From Sulfurimonadaceae bacterium (GTDB taxonomy: Bacteria > Campylobacterota > Campylobacteria > Campylobacterales > Sulfurimonadaceae), in assembly GCA_041571435.1 (NCBI GenBank), contig JBFFUI010000029.1, positions 1-28,731 on the forward strand: a stretch of 28,731 nt of DNA, in the 5' to 3' direction. The notes beneath the pieces were generated by a model that was not told where the DNA came from, searched no databases, and saw only the letters and a list, made by a program, of their open reading frames with translations. Positions 17,456 to 26,694 of this stretch are shown piece after piece. The first letter of the stretch is position 1. Every line of letters begins with the position of its first letter. The position numbers were made by a program, and so were the translations under genes.

Positions 17456-19504
17456 TCAGAGACGTTCGACAAAAGAGGCAAGGATGTCTCTTTTGCTGCC
17501 GCCGAAGTTGATAGTGAGTTTGAACTCGCGACCGGCTTTCGATACGCCGAGTACACGTCCCGGCCCAAAGATCTTGTGACGCACAAGGTCGCCTTTTTTA
17601 AAGGCGGTATTCTGTTCGACCTTCAGTGACCCCTCACACAGACCTGACTCCGTCAGAAAACGGCTTTTACTCAAATCAGTTCTACGTCCTTTGTAGAAGC
17701 GGCTATTGACATGGGAGAGGGTCAATGTGTCTTTGGCACGGGTAAAGGCGACATAGCCCAGACGACGCTCCTCTTCGGTATCGCTGCCGTCACCGATAAG
17801 CGGCAGGAATCCCTCTTCCATACCGATAATAAAGAGATGTTCAAACTCCAGCCCTTTGGAGGCATGGATACTCATGATATAGATACTTTCGCCCTCGACC
17901 TCGTCCTGGTCACTCTGGAGTGTGAGCTCATTTAAAAACTCATCAAGGGTGGCATCCGGCGATTGTTTGATGAAGTCACGGAAAAGACCGTAAAACTCAT
18001 CCATGTTGGCGATACGTTCGTTCTCGTCGGGCATATTTTTGTAGATCTCTTTGAGCTTGAACCGCTCTTCGAGGACATCGATGAAATCATAGGTCGAATG
18101 TTCGGCGACCATTATCACTTCATTGATATCGGCGACAAATTTTTTAAGTGTCTGTGTGTTTTTCTTTTTGACTAGGGCTTCAAGTTCAGCGGAACTGCTC
18201 TCTTTGATGAAGTCGTACATTGAGACGGCTTTGGCGATCGCTGCCAACTCGATCTTCTCTACACTGGCTTTACCCAGGCCGCGTTTTGGTTTGTTGATGA
18301 TACGTTTCATCGAGAAGTTGTCATGAGGGTTGGTAATTAAACGGATATAGGAGATAAGGTCTTTGATCTCGGCGCGGTCGTAAAAGCGCAGACCGCCGAC
18401 AAGCTTGTAGGCAACACCTGCCCGGTTAAGCCCCTCTTCCAGCGAACGTGACAGCGCATTGACACGATAGAGTATAGCGATCTCTTTCGGCGAGACCCCC
18501 TGGTTGATAAGCTCGGTGACCTTGCTGGCGATCTTGCGGGCCTCTTCATTCTCATCATGAGAGCTGAGGATGACGACTGACTCGCCGCCTTCACGTGTCG
18601 CGATCAGTTTTTTGCCGAGGCGTGAACGGTTATGCTGGATAAGCTCGTTGGCAACGTTCAAGATAGCAGCACGAGAACGGTAGTTGTGCTCAAGCTTTAC
18701 AACATTGGTGTTTTCAAAGTCTTCGTGAAACTCTAGAATATTACGGACATGCGCCCCGCGCCAGCCGTAGATGCTTTGGTCGTCATCGCCGACGACGCAG
18801 AGGTTATTGTGGGTCATACAGAGTTTTCTCAAAAGTCTGAACTGCAATTCATTGGTGTCCTGGTACTCATCGATCATGATGTACTGATACTGTTCGCTGG
18901 TACGCTTGGCAAGCTCTTCGTTTTCGTCAAGAAGTCTGTAGGTAAGGGCGAGAAGGTCATCAAAGTCGACAAGGTTGTTCTCGAGAAGGTAGGCTTCATA
19001 CTCTTCGTATATTTTGGCGATCTGTTTGTAGTTTTTGAGTTCCGCCTGTGCATAGGCCTCTCCCGGCGAGATAAGCGAGTTCTTATAGCGTGAGATCTCA
19101 CTGGCGACCAGCGGCAAGGGCAGCTCGCTGTTGATCTTTTTCAGGATGCGTTTTTTGTCATCGGTGTCGATCACGACAAAGTTGTTCTGACGGTTGAGCA
19201 GATGGATGTTGAACTTCAGAAAGAGCAGGCCGAATTTGTGAAAGGTACAGAGCAGTGGCGGGTAGGAGGTCGGTTTGATCATGGAGAATGCCCGTTCACG
19301 CATCTCCTTGGCCGCCTTGTTGGTAAAAGTAAGGGTAAGCGTGTTGTTCGGTGCGATGCCGACGACATCGAGAAGATAGGCTAAACGCGATGTAATCGTT
19401 TTTGTCTTTCCGCTACCGGCCCCTGCCAAGATGAGCAGAGGACCATCGATCTGCTTAACGGCCGAACTCTGTGACTCATTCAAATTGCTGAAAATTTTAT
19501 CCAT
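17456..19504 (-). CDS. uvrD: UvrD/PcrA superfamily 1 DNA helicase
   Basis: LILAGAGSGKT, LTFTNKAA, DEYQDTN, VGDDDQSIYGWRGA, SIHASKGLEF, EERRLGYVAFTRA; C-terminal GDLVRHKIFG Tudor-like domain. Confidence 0.95.
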   Translation of the reverse strand: MDKIFSNLNESQSSAVKQIDGPLLILAGAGSGKTKTITSRLAYLLDVVGIAPNNTLTLTFTNKAAKEMRERAFSMIKPTSYPPLLCTFHKFGLLFLKFNIHLLNRQNNFVVIDTDDKKRILKKINSELPLPLVASEISRYKNSLISPGEAYAQAELKNYKQIAKIYEEYEAYLLENNLVDFDDLLALTYRLLDENEELAKRTSEQYQYIMIDEYQDTNELQFRLLRKLCMTHNNLCVVGDDDQSIYGWRGAHVRNILEFHEDFENTNVVKLEHNYRSRAAILNVANELIQHNRSRLGKKLIATREGGESVVILSSHDENEEARKIASKVTELINQGVSPKEIAILYRVNALSRSLEEGLNRAGVAYKLVGGLRFYDRAEIKDLISYIRLITNPHDNFSMKRIINKPKRGLGKASVEKIELAAIAKAVSMYDFIKESSSAELEALVKKKNTQTLKKFVADINEVIMVAEHSTYDFIDVLEERFKLKEIYKNMPDENERIANMDEFYGLFRDFIKQSPDATLDEFLNELTLQSDQDEVEGESIYIMSIHASKGLEFEHLFIIGMEEGFLPLIGDGSDTEEERRLGYVAFTRAKDTLTLSHVNSRFYKGRRTDLSKSRFLTESGLCEGSLKVEQNTAFKKGDLVRHKIFGPGRVLGVSKAGREFKLTINFGGSKRDILASFVERL

Positions 19505-19534
19505 AAACTCTTATCTTTTTCTATATATATTTAC

Positions 19535-19543
19535 ATTATAGCA
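19535..19543 (-). promoter_or_regulatory. Extended -10 promoter for uvrD-truB-ispE
   Basis: Perfect TGcTATAAT on the minus strand 30 nt upstream of the uvrD ATG. Confidence 0.7.
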
Positions 19544-19658
19544 AAATTGATTTAAACAATGGCGAACGAAGGCATTTTGAGCTGCAGTAAACAGAGGCTG
19601 AGATTTCTTGTTCATTTATAAAAATTATATTATCAATTTATAATCACAAATTTTTTTA

Positions 19659-19675
19659 GATAAGCAAAGATTATC
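19659..19675. promoter_or_regulatory. Putative LysR-type operator
   Basis: GATAA-gcaaaga-TTATC dyad containing T-N11-A (19661/19673), upstream of the LysR gene. Confidence 0.5.
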
Positions 19676-19707
19676 ATAAGGTCTTGGGATAATTTATAAT
19701 TGTGCGT

Positions 19708-19713
19708 TATAAT
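19708..19713 (+). promoter_or_regulatory. Putative -10 box for the LysR gene
   Basis: TATAAT 37 nt upstream of the ATG, with RBS AAGGA before the start. The region is AT-rich, so alternatives exist. Confidence 0.45.
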
Positions 19714-19750
19714 GTTGTAAATTATATTATTTTACATAAAAGGACAGCTT

Positions 19751-20659
19751 ATGTTAAAAGACTTTGCAAAACTTCACACCTTTTTGACCGTTATCAAAGA
19801 GAAAAGTTTCTCAAAAGCATCAGCAAAACTTGGTATCTCCCAGCCGGCAGTAACACAACAGATAAAATTTATTGAAGAGTATCTTGATACAAAGATTGTC
19901 GAGCGTAAGAAAAACGGTATTAAGCTGACAAAAGAGGGTGAAGATCTCTTCCGTATTGCAATACGTCTTGAAAAAGCGATCAATGCCAGTGAAAAAGATC
20001 TTTTAAAGATCATTAATAAAGAGTTCACTTTTGTCCTGGGCTCTTCCTATGCGATCGGTAACTATATCATGCCGCGATACCTTGGTGCGATCAAAGAGAA
20101 GATCAATAACGAAGTGTATATGAACGTGGGTCTTTCAGAAGAGTTGATCGACGCGATCGAAGACAAAAAGATCGATATCGCTCTGATAGAAACACCAGTC
20201 TTCAGAGATGGTATTATCTACAGAGAGTGGATGGACGATGAACTGGTTGTCTTCTCAAACCAACCGATCCCGAAACAGCTTCGCCGTGATGATATGTATA
20301 CGTTTGATTGGATCTGCCGTGATGAGAAGTCGCATACGCGCCGTATTACATCGGAAGCTTTTGAAGAGATCGGTGTCGAGTGTGCAAGCTTTAATGTCAT
20401 CGGTGTCGTGCAGAGCCCGACCGCGATCAAAGAGTCTGTCATGCGTTCGCCTAAAGATGCAGCGCGTCCGGTTGTCTCTGTAATCTCTCGTCATGTCATT
20501 CAGGATGAATTGGCGAACGGGACACTTTTTGAAGCGCGTATCAAAGGGCACAAGATCGAGCGCAAACTTTATATCGCTTATGGAAAAGACCGTAAACATG
20601 ATGCTTTTGTCGACAATGTTGTCAATTATCTGCTCTCGCTCAAAGTCTCTAAACCGTAG
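19751..20659 (+). CDS. LysR-family transcriptional regulator (CysL/CmpR-like)
   Basis: SFSKASAKLGISQPAVTQQIKFIEE...LTKEG HTH, followed by a substrate-binding domain (IGNYIMP, DIALIE). Confidence 0.93.
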   Translation: MLKDFAKLHTFLTVIKEKSFSKASAKLGISQPAVTQQIKFIEEYLDTKIVERKKNGIKLTKEGEDLFRIAIRLEKAINASEKDLLKIINKEFTFVLGSSYAIGNYIMPRYLGAIKEKINNEVYMNVGLSEELIDAIEDKKIDIALIETPVFRDGIIYREWMDDELVVFSNQPIPKQLRRDDMYTFDWICRDEKSHTRRITSEAFEEIGVECASFNVIGVVQSPTAIKESVMRSPKDAARPVVSVISRHVIQDELANGTLFEARIKGHKIERKLYIAYGKDRKHDAFVDNVVNYLLSLKVSKP

Positions 20660-20827
20660 ATTTCACAGCGCACTGCAGGCTTAACGGCAGCGGCGCATTC
20701 TTTTATTATAAATACAGACTGATATATCACTCTAAAACAAAAGTGGTGCAGATCTGCTTCACTCTTTTGCTATAAAACCTTACCATTTCTACAATATGAT
20801 AAAATACTCTAAAAACAAAGAAACAGC

Positions 20828-21592
20828 ATGAAAACAACAATTACATTTATCGGTAACGGCAATATGGCACTTTCAATCGCACAGGGCCTTAAGGATGACT
20901 ATATGATCGAAGTGATCGGCCGCAGTATGTCAAAACTTGACGCGTTTGAAGAGGGCCTGGGCTGTACGATCAAAAAGTCACTGATGAACGGCGGCGATAT
21001 TCATGGTAAAACTGTCGTACTATGTGTCAAACCTTATAATGTACAAGAGGTGGGAGCACAACTGGTGGGCGAAGCTAAAGTCGTCTACTCGGTTTTAGCC
21101 GGAACGACCTTAAAGACACTCTCGTCGAACATAAAGACAAAAGCCGTTGTGCGTGCCATGCCGAACCTCGCGGCAACGGTGAAAAAATCTATGACAACCT
21201 TGACGGGGGATGCAGCCTATCAAGAAGAGGCCGAGCAGCTTTTCAGCGGCATCGGAGCGGTCAGATGGCTGGGTTCTGAAAAAGAGATCGATATTGCTAC
21301 GGGGCTGGCCGGTTCAGGACCGGCTTATCTGGCGTTGATAGCAGAGGCGTTGGCGGATGGTGCCGTCAAACAGGGTCTGAAACGTGATGATGCGATGGCC
21401 ATTATGCGTGGGCTCTTCGGCGGGTTTGGAGAGCTTATCCAGGAGGTCCATCCGGCACTGCTGAAAGACGGTGTTATGAGCCCAGGCGGCACAACCGCAG
21501 CCGGCTATGGCGCTTTGGAAGACGGCAACGTCAGAGCCGCCTGCATGGATGCCATAGAAAAGGCGTACAAGCGAGCCGTAGAACTTTCATAA
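20828..21592 (+). CDS. proC: Pyrroline-5-carboxylate reductase
   Basis: FIGNGNMA, LCVKP, VRAMPN, GSGPAY, VMSPGGTT. Confidence 0.97.
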   Translation: MKTTITFIGNGNMALSIAQGLKDDYMIEVIGRSMSKLDAFEEGLGCTIKKSLMNGGDIHGKTVVLCVKPYNVQEVGAQLVGEAKVVYSVLAGTTLKTLSSNIKTKAVVRAMPNLAATVKKSMTTLTGDAAYQEEAEQLFSGIGAVRWLGSEKEIDIATGLAGSGPAYLALIAEALADGAVKQGLKRDDAMAIMRGLFGGFGELIQEVHPALLKDGVMSPGGTTAAGYGALEDGNVRAACMDAIEKAYKRAVELS

Positions 21593-21598
21593 CCTTTC

Positions 21599-21626
21599 CG
21601 GATGATGGACCTGTCATCCGACTTTT
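21599..21626 (+). terminator. Intrinsic terminator after proC
   Basis: CGGATGA-tggacctg-TCATCCG stem followed by ACTTTT. Confidence 0.65.
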
Positions 21627-21704
21627 CACGCTCCGTTAGGACTAAGTGCCATAATGTACAAAACAGTTCCAAATAAAAACTAAATATACAAAAATAAAAA
21701 AGAG

Positions 21705-21810
21705 ACTTTCAAAGCAATTTTTTCTTTAATCAAGACGGAAATGAGTGCAGTGTACTTCTGTACATAAGCTCTTTAACAATGTAGAGTAAAGGAAAAAGTG
21801 TTTAGGAAGT
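21705..21810. repeat. About 106-bp imperfect palindromic element (MITE/RPE-like)
   Basis: 27-bp terminal arms (21705-21731, 21784-21810) complementary at 21/27 positions plus 3 G-U pairs; central GTGTAC-TTCT-GTACAT hairpin (21750-21765). Confidence 0.6.
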
Positions 21811-21885
21811 GGTGGCTTATCTCGGAATCGAACCAAGGACACAACGATTTTCAGTCGTTTGCTCTACCAACTGAGCTAATGAGCC
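21810..21885 (-). tRNA. tRNA-Phe (GAA)
   Basis: 76 nt: GGCTCAT acceptor, D-arm GCTC-AGTTGGTA-GAGC, anticodon arm AACGA-CTGAAAA-TCGTT, T-arm CTTGG-TTCGATT-CCGAG, encoded ACCA end. Confidence 0.97.
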
Positions 21886-21909
21886 ATATCTATTTTATTA
21901 AGAGGCGAA

Positions 21910-21915
21910 AGTATA
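21910..21915 (-). promoter_or_regulatory. Putative -10 box for tRNA-Phe
   Basis: TATACT on the minus strand 24 nt upstream of the mature tRNA 5' end, followed by TTCGCC (GC-rich discriminator-like). Confidence 0.55.
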
Positions 21916-21954
21916 TCGATAGGAGCTTGAATCTTAGCTTAGAACGCTGATGAT

Positions 21955-23190
21955 TCAGACTAATTTGCTGACAGCCTCTTTAAAACGTTCGCCGCGAACG
22001 GCATAAGATGGGAACTGATCCAGACTTGCCGCCGCCGGAGAGAGCAGGGCGACACTCTTGATGTCATGGTTTTTTGCAATATCGGCAACCGCTTTTTCAA
22101 TAGTTGAACTCGATGTATATTTGATCTTATACTCTTGTGCAAGCTGGTTAAGGCGTTCTTCGTTGCTTCCCAGTGTGTAGATCTCGACGTCGTAGTTGAC
22201 AAGGGCCTCAAAAAGCGGGTGCAGGTCGACCCCTTTGTCGTCACCGCCGAGGATCAGGTGGATGTGCTCTGCCTTATAGCGCTCCAAAGCGGCCAGGGTC
22301 GCATCGATATTGGTGGCCTTGGTGTCATTTACCCAGAGGCGGCCATGCTGGTCGTGAAACTCCTCCTGACGGTGGGGGTCAAGTACGAAGGCGTTGATCT
22401 TTTCATAATCAACAGTGTCATAAAGAACTTTCTCCACACCCATCGCAATGATGGCATCAAGCAAGAAGGCCCCTTTGAACTTGACCTTTTCCGTCTCTAT
22501 CCCGAAGTAGGCTGCCAGCTCTTGCTCATCCTCATAGGTGATCAAAAAGGCCTCTGTCTCGACATCTGCAAATTTTTTGGGAACAATGGCCACCTCACCC
22601 TCTGTCATACTGGCAAGGGGTTTTAGTTTTGCCTGGTAATAGGCTTCATAGCTGCCGTGCCATGAGAGGTGGTCCGGAGCGATAGGCAGAAGAAGATAGA
22701 TGTTGGGTCCTGCCTCGTTGGTATAGTGCAGTGTGAATGAACTGGTCTCAAGTATCCATATAGGCGCGTCTGTATCCAGATCTGCCAAAGGTGTCCCGAT
22801 ATTCCCGCCGGCCTGTGATCCTTTTGGGGCAAGAAGATGCTGCAGCATCTGTGTGGTCGTTGTCTTTCCGTTGGTACCGCTGATCCAGATATTAAACGGT
22901 ATTTTTTCCGGTCTCAGCGGTGACGAGCTTCCCAGGAATAGGTCATATTCGCTGATCAGGTTTTGTGCCCGCTGGATAAGAACATGTTCAGGCGGTATTC
23001 CCGGAGACGGGATCTCCAGAGAAGAGTGTTTAGGGTCGAAATCGTGGCTGGGTTGGAGTCTGTTGCTATACTCATCTGTAAAGGGTTTGGTGACCTTGTC
23101 ATCATAGAAGATGGCAGGGCCGTGATGTTTTGCAATCGCCTTGGTGGTAATGCCGTATCCGAAAAGCGTCAGGTTGAGTTTCTTTTTCAA
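21955..23190 (-). CDS. murD: UDP-N-acetylmuramoyl-L-alanine--D-glutamate ligase
   Basis: SPGIPP, ISGTNGKTTTT, GGNIGTP, LETSSF, DHLSWH, NDTKATN, LILGGDDKG, LLSPAAASLDQF. TTG start; follows mraY. Confidence 0.97.
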   Translation of the reverse strand: MKKKLNLTLFGYGITTKAIAKHHGPAIFYDDKVTKPFTDEYSNRLQPSHDFDPKHSSLEIPSPGIPPEHVLIQRAQNLISEYDLFLGSSSPLRPEKIPFNIWISGTNGKTTTTQMLQHLLAPKGSQAGGNIGTPLADLDTDAPIWILETSSFTLHYTNEAGPNIYLLLPIAPDHLSWHGSYEAYYQAKLKPLASMTEGEVAIVPKKFADVETEAFLITYEDEQELAAYFGIETEKVKFKGAFLLDAIIAMGVEKVLYDTVDYEKINAFVLDPHRQEEFHDQHGRLWVNDTKATNIDATLAALERYKAEHIHLILGGDDKGVDLHPLFEALVNYDVEIYTLGSNEERLNQLAQEYKIKYTSSSTIEKAVADIAKNHDIKSVALLSPAAASLDQFPSYAVRGERFKEAVSKLV

Positions 23191-23203
23191 AGTAATGCCC
23201 AGC

Positions 23204-24265
23204 TTAACGAATTTTCAAGGTGATCAGTGCAAGCAGATTTGAGAGCATAGCGATGATCCAGAAACGGACAATGATTTTGTTCTCTGCCCACTGTTTCATC
23301 TCAAAGTGATGGTGGATAGGGGCCATTAAGAAGACCCGTTTTTTTCGCAGTTTGAAACTACCTACCTGCAGAATGACAGAGATGGTCTCAACGACAAAGA
23401 TGAAACCGATCAGGATAAGCAGAAACTCACTTTTGGAGATGATACCCATGTAGCCGATAAAGGCGCCGAGTGTCAGTGAGCCGCTGTCGCCCATAAAGAC
23501 GGCGGCAGGGTGGCAGTTAAACCATAAGAATCCGACAAGAGAGCCGACAAGTGCACTGGCGATGATGGCCACTTCACCCACCGGAAAGTTTGGCAGCAGC
23601 AGATAGTCGCTGATGACAGCGTTACCGGTAATGTAAACCAGTACAGCCAGCGTCACCAGTGCAAAAACAGAAGGAACGGTTGCCAGGCCGTCGAGTCCGT
23701 CAGTGAGGTTGACGGCATTTGAAGCACCGACCATAATGAAAGCCCAGAAGATGACCGCCCAGTATCCCATGTCTAAAAGCGGTGTTTTGTGAAAAGGGAC
23801 ATAAAGATCGGTATTCATATCGGAGAAGTAACAGAGGAAAAATGCGACAGCGGCTGCAGATAGAAATTGCATAAGCAGTTTCATGCGTGCCGTAAGTCCG
23901 GCGAGATTGGCATTTTGTTTGACCTTTGAAAAGTCGTCTTGAAAGCCTATCAATGCGAAAAAGAGCAGGGTCATCAGACCGCCAATGGCATAGGTGTCAA
24001 AAAGTTTAATACTCATCAATGAGGCGATAATAGTCGCGGCAATAAAGACAATACCGCCCATGGTCGGGGTTTTCGCCTTGGCCTGGTGTGTGTCAGGCGC
24101 CCAGTCGTTAATAGGTTGTACACTTGAAGTCTTTTGTGCCCAACGGATAAAACGGGGCATAAGGAACATGGTCAATATGAGCGCAATAAAAAAGGCAAAA
24201 CCGGCGCGAACAGTGATGTATTGAAAGAGGTTGATGTTGTATGTTTCGTAAAACCAATAGAGCAT
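23204..24265 (-). CDS. mraY: Phospho-N-acetylmuramoyl-pentapeptide transferase
   Basis: [34 protein letters not shown]. Confidence 0.98.
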   Translation of the reverse strand: MLYWFYETYNINLFQYITVRAGFAFFIALILTMFLMPRFIRWAQKTSSVQPINDWAPDTHQAKAKTPTMGGIVFIAATIIASLMSIKLFDTYAIGGLMTLLFFALIGFQDDFSKVKQNANLAGLTARMKLLMQFLSAAAVAFFLCYFSDMNTDLYVPFHKTPLLDMGYWAVIFWAFIMVGASNAVNLTDGLDGLATVPSVFALVTLAVLVYITGNAVISDYLLLPNFPVGEVAIIASALVGSLVGFLWFNCHPAAVFMGDSGSLTLGAFIGYMGIISKSEFLLILIGFIFVVETISVILQVGSFKLRKKRVFLMAPIHHHFEMKQWAENKIIVRFWIIAMLSNLLALITLKIR

Positions 24266-24373
24266 TGCAATCCAGGTGAGGGTAAGTCTAAAGAGCCTGT
24301 CTCTTTGACATAGGCATTATTTAGATGCCCCCTTTAATAATAAATAATAATCAATGTAAAAGCGATATTTTAA

Positions 24374-24379
24374 TATAAT
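24374..24379 (+). promoter_or_regulatory. Putative -10 box for gpmI
   Basis: TATAAT 31 nt upstream of the TTG start, with RBS AAGGA. Confidence 0.55.
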
Positions 24380-24410
24380 CCCCGTACATTTTACCTTTAA
24401 AGGATCAGGT

Positions 24411-25886
24411 TTGGCTAAAAAAGCGATACTTGTTATTACCGATGGTATAGGTTATTCTGCCAAGACAGAAGCGAATGCTTTTTATAAGGCAGAAAAACCG
24501 ACCTATGACAGACTGTTTAGCGAAGCACCCCACTCACTGATTGATACGTTTGGTCTCAGTGTCGGTCTTCCGGAAGGACAGATGGGGAACTCGGAAGTGG
24601 GTCACATGACCATAGGTTCAGGGCGTGTACTCTATCAAGACCTTGTCAAGATCTCACTGGCGATCCAGGAGCAGAGCCTTGGGAAAAACCCGGTGCTTAC
24701 AGATCTTCTAGGTACCTCAAATACGCTGCATCTTATCGGTTTGATGAGCGATGGCGGTGTGCATTCACATATCGAACATCTAGTCGGCCTGGCTGATATT
24801 GCAGCCAAAGCGGGCAAGATAGTCTGGCTGCACCTTCTGACCGACGGACGTGATGTTTCACCAAGCTCGGCAAAGCTATACCTTGATCAGCTCGAAGCAC
24901 ATATGCATGACAATATCCGGATCGCGACGATCGGCGGACGTTTCTACGGTATGGATAGAGACAACCGTTGGGAACGTGTCCAAAAAGCGTATGATGCCAT
25001 TGTCAAGGCAAGCCCGACAACAGACAATACACCGAGTGATTATATAGAGAACTCGTATGCCAAAGAGGAGCTGGACGAGTTTATTGTTCCAACCGCTTTT
25101 GAAGGTTATACGGGTATCAATGACGGTGATGCGGTTCTGACATTCAACTTTAGAAGTGACCGTATGCGCGAGTTGGTGACAGCATTGGGCGCAGAGACGT
25201 TTGAGCATTTCAAACGCAAAGAGATCACGGTCAACCTGGCGACAATCACGGAGTATGATAAGAGCTTTACCTACCCGGTGCTTTTTAAAAAAGATACCCC
25301 GAAGAATACACTGGCCGAGGTGATCTCCAATGCAGGGCTGCGTCAGCTGCATACGGCAGAGACAGAGAAATATGCCCATGTTACCTTCTTTTTAAACGGC
25401 GGTATTGATGAGCCTTTCTTGAATGAGTCTCGTGTATTGATCCCGAGTCCAAATGTCAAGACGTACGACATGCAGCCTGAAATGAGTGCTCCGGCTGTCG
25501 GTGATGCCGTACTCAATGCGATGGATGAAGCGTATGACTTTATCGTCGTGAATTTTGCCAATGGTGATATGGTCGGTCATACCGGAAATATCGAGGCAGC
25601 TATCAAAGCGGTTGAGACGGTTGACCATGAGCTGGGCCGCATTTTGGATAAAGCAAAAGAGAATAACTACGCCGTTGTCTTGACTTCGGACCACGGCAAC
25701 TGTGAAGAGATGCGTGATGCTGCAGGCAATGTTCTGACCAATCATACGGTCGGCAAAGTGTGGTGTTTTGTCGTTGCCGACGGTGTTGACAAAGTCGAAG
25801 CAGGTGCATTGAACAACATCGCGCCGACGGTCCTTCAACTGATGGATATCGAAAAACCGGCAGAGATGGACCATCCACTGATATAG
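24411..25886 (+). CDS. gpmI: 2,3-bisphosphoglycerate-independent phosphoglycerate mutase
   Basis: GLPEGQMGNSEVGH, SDGGVHSH, TDGRD, MDRDNRW, ETEKYAHVT, DMVGHTG, SDHGN. Confidence 0.98.
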   Translation: MAKKAILVITDGIGYSAKTEANAFYKAEKPTYDRLFSEAPHSLIDTFGLSVGLPEGQMGNSEVGHMTIGSGRVLYQDLVKISLAIQEQSLGKNPVLTDLLGTSNTLHLIGLMSDGGVHSHIEHLVGLADIAAKAGKIVWLHLLTDGRDVSPSSAKLYLDQLEAHMHDNIRIATIGGRFYGMDRDNRWERVQKAYDAIVKASPTTDNTPSDYIENSYAKEELDEFIVPTAFEGYTGINDGDAVLTFNFRSDRMRELVTALGAETFEHFKRKEITVNLATITEYDKSFTYPVLFKKDTPKNTLAEVISNAGLRQLHTAETEKYAHVTFFLNGGIDEPFLNESRVLIPSPNVKTYDMQPEMSAPAVGDAVLNAMDEAYDFIVVNFANGDMVGHTGNIEAAIKAVETVDHELGRILDKAKENNYAVVLTSDHGNCEEMRDAAGNVLTNHTVGKVWCFVVADGVDKVEAGALNNIAPTVLQLMDIEKPAEMDHPLI

Positions 25887-25903
25887 TGTCAGCCCTTTTT
25901 GTC

Positions 25904-25909
25904 TATAAT
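25904..25909 (+). promoter_or_regulatory. Putative -10 box for fabG
   Basis: TATAAT in the gpmI-fabG spacer; RBS AAGGA before the ATG. Confidence 0.55.
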
Positions 25910-25947
25910 GCTCAATTAAAAACATATGCTCTGAACAAAGGAAACAG

Positions 25948-26694
25948 ATGAAATTTACAGGAAAAAACGTTCTAGTGACAGGCTCAAGCCGCGGTATCGG
26001 CGCAGAGATCGCAAAGGTGCTTGCTGCATTCGGTCTTAAAGTTTGGGTACATTACCGCAGCGGGGCAGAAGCGGCAGAAGCTGTTAAAGCTGAGATCATT
26101 GCCAATGGCGGTGAGGCTGAGGTGATCGGCTTTGACGTCAGTGATGAAGCGGCATTTGTCGATGGTATCAAAACGATCGTCACGACAGACGGTGAATTCT
26201 CTTACCTTGTAAACAACGCCGGTATCACGAATGACAAACTGGCACTTCGTATGAAAACAGAAGACTTCATGTCTGTTATCAATGCCAACCTGACATCTGC
26301 ATTTGTAGGTTGCCGTGAGTCGATGAAGGTGATGCGTAAAAAGAAATTCGGTGCCGTTGTCAACATCGCTTCTATTGTGGGCGAGACAGGTAATGCCGGT
26401 CAAACCAATTATTCGGCGTCAAAAGGCGGTGTTATTGCCATGACAAAATCGTTTGCTATCGAAGCGGCGACAAGTGGTATCCGTTATAACACGATCACAC
26501 CGGGTTTTATCGCAACAGATATGACCGATGAACTAAGTGATGAAATCAAAGAAAGTTTTACGGCCAAGATCCCGATGGGGCGTTTTGGTAATGCCAAAGA
26601 AGTGGCAGAAGCAGCTGCATTTTTGCTCTCCGATCATGCCTCATACATTACAGGTGAAACACTGAAGGTCAACGGTGGTATGAACATGGCATAG
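25948..26694 (+). CDS. fabG: 3-oxoacyl-ACP reductase
   Basis: TGSSRGIG, NNAGIT, GNAGQTNYSASK (YxxxK), PGFIATDMT; fab cluster context. Confidence 0.97.
   Translation: MKFTGKNVLVTGSSRGIGAEIAKVLAAFGLKVWVHYRSGAEAAEAVKAEIIANGGEAEVIGFDVSDEAAFVDGIKTIVTTDGEFSYLVNNAGITNDKLALRMKTEDFMSVINANLTSAFVGCRESMKVMRKKKFGAVVNIASIVGETGNAGQTNYSASKGGVIAMTKSFAIEAATSGIRYNTITPGFIATDMTDELSDEIKESFTAKIPMGRFGNAKEVAEAAAFLLSDHASYITGETLKVNGGMNMA

Noticed and set aside
20668-20705. Terminator after the LysR gene (GCGCACTGC...GCAGCGGCGC then T-run)
   Set aside because: Interrupted stem with a large loop; plausible but too weak to call.
21593-21954. tRNA-Phe as an occupied prophage/island attachment site
   Set aside because: No integrase, no duplicated tRNA 3' end seen, and housekeeping genes flank both sides.
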